This document shows, in pieces, positions 16,276 through 24,184 of a stretch of DNA of 32,651 nt. The translations under genes were made by a program, and so were the position numbers. The DNA comes from a virus (lineage: Duplodnaviria; Caudoviricetes), in the IMG/VR virus record IMGVR_UViG_3300020045_010441, positions 1 through 32,651 of that record, one strand, 5' to 3'. The notes under the pieces were generated by a model. That model had not been told where the DNA came from. It did no database searches and saw only the letters and a program-made list of their open reading frames with translations. Each line of letters opens with the position of its first letter. The stretch's first letter is position 1.

Positions 16276-16283
16276 TTTTTCGA

Positions 16284-16961
16284 CTACTGCTTTAGGAATT
16301 TCTCGATCAACGGCCTAAATACTTCGTGAATATCGGGGCTTGAGCCTAAGTGGTAGCTTTCCCATGACTTCATGATATTCTTGGCCTTCAAATAAATGTC
16401 GCGAGCTTCTTTTGCTCTTGATGTTGGCTTGAAGTGAAGCGCCTGAAGAATTGCGCAAGTATGGTTTAAGTCGTTAGCGGTAGAGTTGGGGTCTTTGTCG
16501 AAAACTCTAAAGTATGAATCGCCGCAAAGAAATAAATCGCCGCAGCTTGAGGGGCTTTGCCCAAAAGCTCTTTTGTAAAAATTAATATGATTAGGGTTTG
16601 CCCAATCTTTGTTTTGATATTTCCACCAACGGTCCTTGTGGGCGTGGTATAGGTCCGAAAGTCTTGCATTCATTCCGTAAGCGCCCATTGCTAGAACGAT
16701 TGGTGTTTGTTGATCTCTTGAAAAATCATTGGGGTCATTCCATTGCGCCGGGTGTCTTCTGTAAATCCCAGGTTTTACTTCAAGAAAGTCTAGGGCTTTT
16801 TTGAAATCGAGGTAATTGTTTTTTGGGAAGTGATCGACATTGATACCATTTAGTCGGCAAAGCTGAAGCCCGAAATGATAGCGCCCCATGTTCGCTGCGC
16901 AGTCGCCAGCGTCCCCCGACTTAGTAACAAGCAAATCAAACTCATCCCAATAAAAGTTCAT
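16284..16961 (-). CDS. hypothetical helical protein with GDxGD / RRHP / SRDQ motifs
   Basis: 225 aa, GAGG SD; no function recognised. Confidence 0.75.
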   Translation of the reverse strand: MNFYWDEFDLLVTKSGDAGDCAANMGRYHFGLQLCRLNGINVDHFPKNNYLDFKKALDFLEVKPGIYRRHPAQWNDPNDFSRDQQTPIVLAMGAYGMNARLSDLYHAHKDRWWKYQNKDWANPNHINFYKRAFGQSPSSCGDLFLCGDSYFRVFDKDPNSTANDLNHTCAILQALHFKPTSRAKEARDIYLKAKNIMKSWESYHLGSSPDIHEVFRPLIEKFLKQ

Positions 16962-16978
16962 TTCGACCTCGAAGTTTT

Positions 16979-17653
16979 TTAAGCGGTGTGCGCAGATAGC
17001 GGGACAAACAAAGCAAGCTTGCCTTCCAGCACTACGCCACAGCCAATGGTGCCTTGATATGCTGATTTTTTTGAATAGTCAAATGCGTAGGCTTTTTGAT
17101 TTATTAAGCAACCAACATTCATTCCAAAGATATTATTTTCGCCGTGACTTAAATACTTTACTTGCGCGTGTGAATGAATATGACCATGCACTACATTACA
17201 CCTATGGTCCTGGATTGCTTTCATTGTGCCGTTAGCACCTGAGTATTCTTCGCCGTGAATATACTTAACATTATCAATCATGATCTCGTCGTGCCAGGTC
17301 CAGGTAGCTGGAGCGCCCAAGGCTTGTTGGTAGCTTGGTAAGAAATCAATCGGAAGGCCCGCTTCGTAGGCTCTGCGCCAAGGTCTAACTGTGTGGTTTG
17401 CCGTACACACTCGAACATTAGGAAAAACTGAAGATAGTCTTTTGATGAAATCTCTTGCAAGAGCCAACTCTTTTCCAGACGAAAAGCCATCGGGGTTTTT
17501 TGCATATTTTGACAGTGTGTGAAAGTCTACCTCGTCCCCTATGCAAACAACTGTGTCACACTTGTAATTTCGATAAACGAATTTCAGAAATGGAATTGCT
17601 TTTTCATGTTGAAATGGAGCTTGTAAGTCGGGAATTACCAGAACCCTAGCCAT
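16979..17653 (-). CDS. calcineurin-like metallophosphoesterase
   Basis: IPDLQAPF, IGDEVD, ANH, IHG, HGHIHSH, GCL motifs. Confidence 0.9.
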   Translation of the reverse strand: MARVLVIPDLQAPFQHEKAIPFLKFVYRNYKCDTVVCIGDEVDFHTLSKYAKNPDGFSSGKELALARDFIKRLSSVFPNVRVCTANHTVRPWRRAYEAGLPIDFLPSYQQALGAPATWTWHDEIMIDNVKYIHGEEYSGANGTMKAIQDHRCNVVHGHIHSHAQVKYLSHGENNIFGMNVGCLINQKAYAFDYSKKSAYQGTIGCGVVLEGKLALFVPLSAHTA

Positions 17654-17719
17654 GCTTTATTATTGTCTAGATTTTTAAATCTCGCAGTCTAGTTTTTGTT
17701 GTCCTGGTCTAAAGCCGAT

Positions 17720-18256
17720 TTAAAAAGCCGAAGGCGAACAGGTGTACTTGCCGCCAACGTAAGGCTGATTAGACCCCCCAATGATAACATCAACATGAGT
17801 TGCATAGGTGTTTGATTCTTTTATTCCCATTTCATCTTCAGACATTGGCGATATTCCACCAACGGCGCAAATATGAAACAAGTTTTCAAATGTTTGTGCA
17901 AGTCTTGTTGTGTACTCTAGTTCGGAAATAGAAATTGATTCGTCTGCGTTGAATAGTTCCGGCGCATTAGACAATAGCTCTTGCTGTGCTGCCCTAATCA
18001 TTTGATCGTATTTATTTGTTCCACCTTTTGAGCAGCAATTGTGCGAATCTTGCGAGCAGTCGGGCATTTGTGGAAGCGAGCAAACAAACGAAGGGCTTGG
18101 TGCTGGCGAAGCAACTGCTGTAGGGCTTGGCGCTGGAGTAGGTAGCGGTAAAATTGACGGCGATGGACTTGGTTTAGAAACAACTTGGTTGGGCGCTGTT
18201 ACGTCATGGCGACAGCCGAAAACAAAAAGCATCAAAACTATTATTTTAATCATCAT
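17720..18256 (-). CDS. lipoprotein with Pro/Ser linker and Cys-rich domain
   Basis: MMIKIIVLMLFVFG-C lipobox, PSPSPS..PTPAPSP linker, six further Cys. Confidence 0.75.
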   Translation of the reverse strand: MMIKIIVLMLFVFGCRHDVTAPNQVVSKPSPSPSILPLPTPAPSPTAVASPAPSPSFVCSLPQMPDCSQDSHNCCSKGGTNKYDQMIRAAQQELLSNAPELFNADESISISELEYTTRLAQTFENLFHICAVGGISPMSEDEMGIKESNTYATHVDVIIGGSNQPYVGGKYTCSPSAF

Positions 18257-18524
18257 CCCCCCGAATCTTCGCCCACTGCTCTAATGCTTCTCTAAATTCA
18301 TGAAACTCATATTCAAACTTCTTGCAAACATCAACCAGCACTTGCGCTTCAGCCAATGCATCGGCCCGACCAGCATTGAAGCCCAAAATATAACCGTCAT
18401 ATGCGCCAGCACTATATTCCGACAAGCTCATTCTCTGATAGCTGTTTCTGTTTCGCCAACACTCGGTCAATTTATTGGCAGCCTCGAAAACCAGCTTGTC
18501 TCGTCGTTTCATCCAGTCGCTCAT
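18246..18524 (-). CDS. hypothetical protein
   Basis: 92 aa, overlaps both neighbours. Confidence 0.7.
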   Translation of the reverse strand: MSDWMKRRDKLVFEAANKLTECWRNRNSYQRMSLSEYSAGAYDGYILGFNAGRADALAEAQVLVDVCKKFEYEFHEFREALEQWAKIRGDDD

Positions 18525-18754
18525 TAGTGCATCCCCGCTTTATTAAGCCAGTCCAGGTCTTTTGCTAGGGTTTCTCTGTGGAATAATCTAGCCGATTTTT
18601 CACCATAAAATTTGACTGCTAGTTTGGTGAACACAATGCTTTTTAATTTGCCGATGTCTCGTTCAATTATTTCAAGCATTTTAGGCTCATGCGCCCATGC
18701 ATGGACCATTTCTTCAAATTCTTTTTCGCTCATTTCTCTTGCTCCTTTAGCCAC
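18524..18754 (-). CDS. hypothetical protein (start may be ATG 18733)
   Basis: AAGGAG precedes the MSEKEF ATG, which overlaps the upstream TGA. Confidence 0.65.
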   Translation of the reverse strand: MAKGAREMSEKEFEEMVHAWAHEPKMLEIIERDIGKLKSIVFTKLAVKFYGEKSARLFHRETLAKDLDWLNKAGMH

Positions 18755-18996
18755 TCGTCGAAGCTACCCGCAACAAGCCCACCAATGACATTTTTTTCTT
18801 CATCTGAACATTCACGCATTGTTAAGGCATCGCGCATAGCCTTGGCGTGGGTCATTAACTGGTCGTAGGCTGACTTCTCAATAACGTGACACACTTCACG
18901 ATTGGTTCTTTTCTGTTCGTAGTCATAAGCCAAATCAAATTCATCATCGCCTGGTTCATAGAATCGCTCTACTATCCACCACTGTCTAGGCTTCAT
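18730..18996 (-). CDS. hypothetical protein
   Basis: 88 aa, MKPRQWWI...HVIEKSAYDQL; AAGGTG SD. Confidence 0.72.
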   Translation of the reverse strand: MKPRQWWIVERFYEPGDDEFDLAYDYEQKRTNREVCHVIEKSAYDQLMTHAKAMRDALTMRECSDEEKNVIGGLVAGSFDEWLKEQEK

Positions 18997-19065
18997 TCAC
19001 TTCACCTTTCGTTTCTTCTTTGGCGTGGGCTTCTTGGGCCTCAACTTATTCGGGCGAGGGGTCAT
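18997..19065 (-). CDS. 22-aa highly basic small ORF (not in ORF track)
   Basis: MTPRPNKLRPKKPTPKKKRKVK*; ATGA overlap upstream, TGA directly abuts the next ATG. Confidence 0.5.
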   Translation of the reverse strand: MTPRPNKLRPKKPTPKKKRKVK

Positions 19066-19340
19066 GGTTCAATGCTCTTTTCTCTAAGCTCGAGAAAATG
19101 ATAAATATCTTTTATAAAATCTTTGCCGTCTTTGCCCAATTTTCTTGAAATCTCGCAAATCTGTGGTTCGTAGCCAGCTAGTGGGCTATGTCTCGCAAAC
19201 CTACCGCCGCACACCACAAAGAGTTCCCGAGCAATTGAGTCAATCATTCCGGCTTGTTCTGTGGCATCTGCACAGGCAAATGCTTTAGCTAAAATTGGAT
19301 CTGTCATCCTACACCCCCGCCCCATTGGGCTAATCTTCAA
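19062..19340 (-). CDS. hypothetical protein
   Basis: 92 aa or shorter (alternative start MTDPIL). Confidence 0.6.
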   Translation of the reverse strand: MKISPMGRGCRMTDPILAKAFACADATEQAGMIDSIARELFVVCGGRFARHSPLAGYEPQICEISRKLGKDGKDFIKDIYHFLELREKSIEP

Positions 19341-19537
19341 CCTTTAAGATTCAGCGGTATTGGGCCGCCATTAGCGTAAACAGCTTTGTTTATTTCATCA
19401 ACCTGGCGCTGCTTTTGATTTCTTAGTTGTTCGAGTATAGAAATCACACGATGCCATGAAGCCCAGTCTAGCTTTTCTACTATCGACCAAATCTCAAGGG
19501 CAGCGTCAACTTCCTTCATATAAGTTTCTTTGTCCAC
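19337..19537 (-). CDS. hypothetical protein
   Basis: 66 aa, GTG start overlapping the upstream TAG, GGAGG SD. Confidence 0.7.
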   Translation of the reverse strand: MDKETYMKEVDAALEIWSIVEKLDWASWHRVISILEQLRNQKQRQVDEINKAVYANGGPIPLNLKG

Positions 19538-19890
19538 TATTCCTCCACTTCAAATGTTGGTTTCAGTTCTCTATGGCAGTCTTTGCATTTGAATATCGGC
19601 AAGAAGTGTTTCTCTGCCAGATACCAATTCTTGTGCTCGCAAGGCTTGGGCGCTTCGAGTGGCTCTGCATTGAATACTACTGCGCGACTGTTGTCGTGTG
19701 GTTTTTTTACGTCGGTCCAATATTTTGTAAAACCCGTAAGAATACCATCTTCAAAATACCCATAAACCACTGGCAGCGTCTTCAAGTGCTCGTCCAAGAT
19801 TCTCTGCGCTTCTGATGCGGCCCACTCACAAGACCATTCTGCTTGGTGAATTGCTCGCTCGAACATCTCTGGCTTAAATTGGAATTCCAT
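19537..19890 (-). CDS. hypothetical protein with C-terminal CxH...CxxC
   Basis: 117 aa, GAGG SD. Confidence 0.72.
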   Translation of the reverse strand: MEFQFKPEMFERAIHQAEWSCEWAASEAQRILDEHLKTLPVVYGYFEDGILTGFTKYWTDVKKPHDNSRAVVFNAEPLEAPKPCEHKNWYLAEKHFLPIFKCKDCHRELKPTFEVEE

Positions 19891-19896
19891 AACACC

Positions 19897-20106
19897 TCAA
19901 ACATTAACTTCATAATCGTTTCGCTTCACACAACAAACACGATGAAAAGGCCCCTCACTTAAAAACCTTTTCCCGCAGCGAAGGCAATCTCTTTTCTTCT
20001 TCACAATTGCAGACATCCCAATCCACCTTCGATACTTATTGATGTTTGAAAAGTGTTGCTCTCTTTTCGCCGCCCTTATTTCCCTAACAGTCTTTTCCCC
20101 CGCCAT
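19897..20106 (-). CDS. small zinc-ribbon protein
   Basis: RDCLRCGKRFLSEGPFHRVCC; GAGGGGGG SD. Confidence 0.72.
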   Translation of the reverse strand: MAGEKTVREIRAAKREQHFSNINKYRRWIGMSAIVKKKRDCLRCGKRFLSEGPFHRVCCVKRNDYEVNV

Positions 20107-20221
20107 GTTTCCCCCCTCGACTTAGCATCAAGTCAAACTGAAAACATAGAAGGGACATCAATGCAATTACAAAAAACCAAATTGCTGCAACAAGAAAAAG
20201 AATCGAGACAATGCTAGTCAT
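20084..20221 (-). CDS. 45-aa single-pass membrane peptide (not in ORF track)
   Basis: MTSIVSILFLVAAIWFFVIALMSLLCFQFDLMLSRGGKHGGGKDC*; fills the gap and overlaps both neighbours. Confidence 0.5.
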   Translation of the reverse strand: MTSIVSILFLVAAIWFFVIALMSLLCFQFDLMLSRGGKHGGGKDC

Positions 20222-20429
20222 AATCTTTTTCCATCGAAGCGCTCCAGACTGGATAAGTCCTTGGGGCCCAGCCGCCCATTGAGCAAAGACATCGAAACAC
20301 AGCCAAGTTGCCAGTGCTTTTTTCTTTCTTAAAAAGAAGTCCCTTCATGCACCAACAACAATTTGTTTTTTCAACCTTGATCGGCTCAACATCAGCTTTA
20401 AAAATTTCGTCTTGTGCTTCTGATGTCAT
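20214..20429 (-). CDS. small zinc-finger protein
   Basis: CCWC..G...FRCLC after the helicase-loader-like gene. Confidence 0.65.
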   Translation of the reverse strand: MTSEAQDEIFKADVEPIKVEKTNCCWCMKGLLFKKEKSTGNLAVFRCLCSMGGWAPRTYPVWSASMEKDYD

Positions 20430-20944
20430 CTAAGAAGCTTTCTTTCGGGAGCAGCAAGAGTGGGCTTGTAATCTTTCACGCCCATTTTGGAAAAAGTAAT
20501 TTGTGATTTTATTAACTCTCGCGCTTGCGCTTGAAAAATGTTCGGGTCAATCGAAGCTCCCATTTGCTGACAAAGCCTACTCCAGCCGCCATGCCTTTCC
20601 ACAACAAGCCAACCAAGTTCGCCAACGTACTCTTTCGCCTGGTCGTGCCCAATGTAACCGAATTTAGTTATTGCGCTTAGTAAAAGTGAAACGCTTTCTC
20701 TTGCCGCTATATCTGGGTCTATGCTGCCAGAATCAAGCGCTGCGCGAATATGCGCGGGAAGTGGTGGGCGAAAATGTTTTGGATTTCTTCGATAAGCCCC
20801 AAGCTCTCTAACAACCAAATCAAAGTCCAGGTCTTCAACGTCTTGAACGTACATTTCAAAAATCTCGTCTTTCATCTGCGTTTGATAGTATAGCGAAAGC
20901 TGAAGCCATAATTTTTTTACTTGTTGCTTTTGTTCTTTCGTCAT
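20426..20944 (-). CDS. replication protein P / G39P-like helicase loader or inhibitor
   Basis: MTKEQ..., YVQDVEDL, HFRPPLPAHIR, VERHGGWSRLC; coupled to the initiator gene. Confidence 0.6.
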   Translation of the reverse strand: MTKEQKQQVKKLWLQLSLYYQTQMKDEIFEMYVQDVEDLDFDLVVRELGAYRRNPKHFRPPLPAHIRAALDSGSIDPDIAARESVSLLLSAITKFGYIGHDQAKEYVGELGWLVVERHGGWSRLCQQMGASIDPNIFQAQARELIKSQITFSKMGVKDYKPTLAAPERKLLR

Positions 20945-21729
20945 ATCTCGCCATTTTCAATTTTTCTTAACTGTTCGCTGTAATGATCTTTGCGCTCAAA
21001 CTCTTTTGCGTCTTTCATGCTTATAGCTCGCCCCTTTTTCCATTGCGTGTGTAGAGATTCAGCGTTGCTTAGACATAAGCCTATATCGTGAGTCTTCGCC
21101 AAATAAAAGGGGTCATTGTGAGAAAGGTAAAATTTCACGATAGAAACACCATCGGCCCCTAATCGCTTGCCGATTTGGGAAATCTTTGAATTAACGGCTG
21201 CGTTGCGTAAAGGCTCTACTTTGTACCTTTGTAAGTACGCACTGCGATATGACTCCCAGATTTCTGCGTTCAAATTTTTGTCGGGTTTTAGTGGTTTTTC
21301 TGGAAAAGGAACTTCGTCTTTTTCGACCCCCTGGGAACTTCTTTTCTTTTCATTTCTATTCATTTCATTTCTATTCAATTCTAAGGGAGCCGATTTTTCA
21401 AACGTAAGTAGTTGTAATGATTGAAGCGAAAGTAGAGCTGTCTCTATACTCTCTGGGTACTGTCCTAAGAGTGTCCTAAGGGTCTTGGGGGTAGTCTCTA
21501 TTGACTCTCGCCCAACTTCACCACAACTCAGCAGTAACCCAAGGAAGAGCCACCGTATACTCAGGGGTAACTCTACCAGCTTATCATCCCAACAAAAGTT
21601 GTTAGAAATTAGCGTCTTTTTGTGACTCTTTTTTATATGCGGATTGTGCCTCTCGAAGTTCGTAACTGTGATTTTATAGAAAACGATTTCTTTCTTTGAC
21701 ATTCTATTTCCCCCATTTTGCGTTGACAA
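20941..21729 (-). CDS. phage replication initiator (O/DnaD-like); start may be ATG 21702
   Basis: N-terminal DDKLVELPLSIRWLFLGLL, low-complexity linker (NRNEMNRNE) with internal DNA repeats, C-terminal WESY..Y..KY domain. GGGG SD before MSKKEIV. Confidence 0.65.
   Translation of the reverse strand: MSTQNGGNRMSKKEIVFYKITVTNFERHNPHIKKSHKKTLISNNFCWDDKLVELPLSIRWLFLGLLLSCGEVGRESIETTPKTLRTLLGQYPESIETALLSLQSLQLLTFEKSAPLELNRNEMNRNEKKRSSQGVEKDEVPFPEKPLKPDKNLNAEIWESYRSAYLQRYKVEPLRNAAVNSKISQIGKRLGADGVSIVKFYLSHNDPFYLAKTHDIGLCLSNAESLHTQWKKGRAISMKDAKEFERKDHYSEQLRKIENGEI
21345..21571. repeat. iteron-like repeats and AT-rich tract inside the initiator (putative origin)
   Basis: TGTCCTAAG at 21461 and 21472; ACTCAG(CA/GG)GTAAC at 21526 and 21559; GTCTCTAT twice; TTTCATTTCTATTCA twice. 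Confidence 0.5.
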
Positions 21730-21756
21730 AACATAGGAAAAAAGAGAATGTCTTTT

Positions 21757-21775
21757 GACCTACGACCTACGACCT
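21757..21775. repeat. short tandem repeat (GACCTAC) x2.7
   Basis: GACCTACGACCTACGACCT in the gap upstream of the initiator gene. Confidence 0.8.
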
Positions 21776-21824
21776 GTAGTTTGTTTTTAGCAAAATCGAG
21801 AATAGACCTGAACGCCCGGCCTTA

Positions 21825-22031
21825 TCAACCGGGCAAATCTTTTTTAAGCAACAAGTCATCAATTTCTTTATTAATCGCTTTCATCATTTCAATAACTTTG
21901 TCACTCGCGTCACATTGATAAAGAGCGTTACTTGCTCCCTCAAGGTACACCAGTTGAAGAATTTGACGATAGGGCTCAAGCGCTGGCAGAACGAAAATCT
22001 TTGTCTCAATAGCTTCTTTACTTGAAATCAT
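21825..22031 (-). CDS. hypothetical protein
   Basis: 68 aa, GAGGTG SD. Confidence 0.7.
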   Translation of the reverse strand: MISSKEAIETKIFVLPALEPYRQILQLVYLEGASNALYQCDASDKVIEMMKAINKEIDDLLLKKDLPG

Positions 22032-22040
22032 TTTTCACCT

Positions 22041-22670
22041 CTAAAGTGGGGGAGCGTCTTCGTCACTGGGCCAATCATTCGACTGCGGTTGTGCAATCAT
22101 CTTTTTTCGATTGTCCATTAGCTCTTGCGTTAAGTAATCGTGTTTTCGAGACTTGTCTGCGAAGTTGGCGCAGTAAAATACTTTCTTCTTCTCTGAAAAT
22201 CTTAACTCCCCACCACAAGCTGAACAAATCTCTGCTTCACTTTGGGGTGCCAAGTTTTTGACTGGTCCCTTGACGCTATGCTCTTGCGTAGTAATTGACG
22301 GCTTTTGCGTGGGTTCTTGGGGAGCATCAACAATGCGGTCTGCTTCTTCTAACTCTAATGCGTAGGCTGTGCCGAAGCCAAGAAAGCCCAATGCGCGACC
22401 TATCGCACCCGACTCGCTTTTTTCTAAATAATCACCAAAGCCCGCCCTTGTTTCTGACTTGTGCGCAGTTGCTAAGATTCGACCCGATGCGTCCTTAATC
22501 ACGGCTCTCGAAATACTAGCGTCTTCTGAAATGTTCACAAATTCAGTTTCTATCGAATAGTCTGGGTGTTCTTCTCGAAACCACATCACTCGATGAGGGA
22601 CTTGCAAATACCACTTACCTTTTAGATTTAACAACGGAAGCTCTGTACCTTTTGATGTTTTAACCTTCAT
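22041..22670 (-). CDS. single-strand annealing protein (Rad52/Sak-like)
   Basis: KGKWYLQVPHRVMWFREEHP and EKSESGAIGRALGFLGFG; adjacent to Gp157. Confidence 0.72.
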   Translation of the reverse strand: MKVKTSKGTELPLLNLKGKWYLQVPHRVMWFREEHPDYSIETEFVNISEDASISRAVIKDASGRILATAHKSETRAGFGDYLEKSESGAIGRALGFLGFGTAYALELEEADRIVDAPQEPTQKPSITTQEHSVKGPVKNLAPQSEAEICSACGGELRFSEKKKVFYCANFADKSRKHDYLTQELMDNRKKMIAQPQSNDWPSDEDAPPL

Positions 22671-22671
22671 T

Positions 22672-23199
22672 TTATTTACCTTTCACTTTTGAATTAACAT
22701 AATCTCGAAGCGAAAACGAAGGCTCTAAACAAGCGCCAGCAACTTTCTCGCCCTTCTCTAGTGCTTCTCTAATCTTTGGCCGATCTGCTGTCACCACTAT
22801 TTCTGTTTTTTTCCACTCATCGGATAAAAATTTCTCATCAATGACAAGACTTGGCTTTGCTCTTACAAGCTTGAAGCGGTAATACTCGCCCAATAGTTCG
22901 TCGGTGTTCAGAGTGTGCATTGCAGCTTTCACCTCATCCCAAATTCTATCGTGCAACTTGTCCAGAGAATTGGCGGTGTCTCGGAGCGCTTTGTATTCTT
23001 CAGCCAGCTTGTCACTCATCGAGGAAACCAAGCCTAGCATTCTCTTTGCCTTGTCAGCATCGCGGGCAATGGCCTTGATTTTAGCATTGAGCAGAGCTTC
23101 TTTTTCAGGCGTCAATTCCCCGCCCTCTTGCTCCTGCGCTTCTTCGATATGCTTCAGAAACTCAACTAGGTCTGTGACGTTGTTTGTTAAATTACTCAT
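22672..23199 (-). CDS. Siphovirus Gp157-family (Gam-like) protein
   Basis: Long coiled coil followed by KPSLVIDEKFL..DRPKIREALEKGEKVAGACL. Confidence 0.82.
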   Translation of the reverse strand: MSNLTNNVTDLVEFLKHIEEAQEQEGGELTPEKEALLNAKIKAIARDADKAKRMLGLVSSMSDKLAEEYKALRDTANSLDKLHDRIWDEVKAAMHTLNTDELLGEYYRFKLVRAKPSLVIDEKFLSDEWKKTEIVVTADRPKIREALEKGEKVAGACLEPSFSLRDYVNSKVKGK

Positions 23200-23318
23200 T
23201 TTGGTACCTCATAATCTTTTGAATATTTGTCAGATAGTTCGCACAACCACTCGAAGGTGCAAAGCAAAAAGGTTAAAATAATTAAAAACGTGAAAAAATA
23301 ACAAATGAAGGTGAACAT
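23196..23318 (-). CDS. possible 40-aa hydrophobic small ORF (not in ORF track)
   Basis: MFTFICYFFTFLIILTFLLCTFEWLCELSDKYSKDYEVPK*; TGA overlaps the Gp157 ATG. Could instead be an AT-rich promoter spacer. Confidence 0.35.
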   Translation of the reverse strand: MFTFICYFFTFLIILTFLLCTFEWLCELSDKYSKDYEVPK

Positions 23319-23319
23319 T

Positions 23320-23535
23320 TTAATCACCATAGTCAGAAAGCGGGCATCTTTCGTCAATAAAGCCCTCGCCAGTTTGAGGGAAATCCCTTTTTAGCTGATA
23401 GTTTTGCAAAACTTCTTTTTTAATTTCAAACTGACCTTTATGGCAAGAATAGTGTGGCTGTAAGTCAACATAAGTAGCAACTGACTTAAATGGGCATTTG
23501 TAGCAGCTTTCAATAAGCATTTTTTTACGCTTCAT
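23320..23535 (-). CDS. small Cys-rich hypothetical protein
   Basis: IESCYKCPF...C...IDERCPL; AAGGAG SD. Confidence 0.75.
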   Translation of the reverse strand: MKRKKMLIESCYKCPFKSVATYVDLQPHYSCHKGQFEIKKEVLQNYQLKRDFPQTGEGFIDERCPLSDYGD

Positions 23536-23670
23536 TTCATCGCTCCTTGTTGTGTTTAGCTATTGCAACGGCAATGCCAGCCCCAAAGCGCATAAAATTG
23601 ACCTAAAAACTAAGAAGTGACCAAATTCGTCATATTGCGCGGCAATTGTCAGGCCTAAACTATTTATTTT

Positions 23671-23699
23671 TTGACAAAAAAAAACAATAGAATTATTGC
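23671..23699 (+). promoter_or_regulatory. possible sigma70 promoter at the divergence point
   Basis: Perfect TTGACA at 23671-23676; 17 nt later an imperfect TATTGC; AT-rich context. Confidence 0.35.
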
Positions 23700-24133
23700 T
23701 CTGTATCTTGAAATATATCAAAACAAAGACAAGAACGTACCATGTCTGGAACAGCATGAAGCAAAGATGTTTAAATCCCGCAGCATCTAATTATAAATAC
23801 TATGGTGGCCGAGGCATTACTGTTTGCAAGCGCTGGATAGAAAGCTTTGAGAATTTTAGGGGCGACATGGGCGAGGCTCCAGATGGAACGTGGATTGATA
23901 GAATAAACAATGATTGGAATTATCATCCTAAAAATTGCAAGTGGTCATCGCCATTAGAACAAAGCAAAAACAAGAGACCGCCAGCAGAAAGACTTGGCAG
24001 AAAACACAAAAGGCGACCCCAAAATGCCAGATGTTCAATCGAAGGTTGCGAAAGACCATTTTGTGCGAAAATGCTATGCAGAAAGCATTACAGCCACACG
24101 AAGACAAAAAAATACAAAAAACAAGCACAATAA
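23696..24133 (+). CDS. HNH endonuclease (YGGRGI type) with C-terminal Cys/His cluster; start uncertain
   Basis: WNSMKQRC, YGGRGITVCKRW, SFENF..DMG, IDRINND..Y.P.NCKW, CSIEGC...LCRKHY. Confidence 0.85.
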   Translation: MLCILKYIKTKTRTYHVWNSMKQRCLNPAASNYKYYGGRGITVCKRWIESFENFRGDMGEAPDGTWIDRINNDWNYHPKNCKWSSPLEQSKNKRPPAERLGRKHKRRPQNARCSIEGCERPFCAKMLCRKHYSHTKTKKYKKQAQ

Positions 24134-24184
24134 TTACAGTTTTGTGTTGCGTCATTGTGTGTTATTCTGCTTTTATAGGGGGAC

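Noticed and set aside
21723-21749. Plus-strand promoter from TTGACA at 21723
   Set aside because: The nearest -10-like hexamer (GAGAAT) is only 15 nt away, and no credible plus-strand gene follows.
23560-23757. 65-aa minus-strand ORF across the divergence region
   Set aside because: It overlaps the HNH start and the AT-rich promoter-like tract, with no SD or motif; not supported as a gene.
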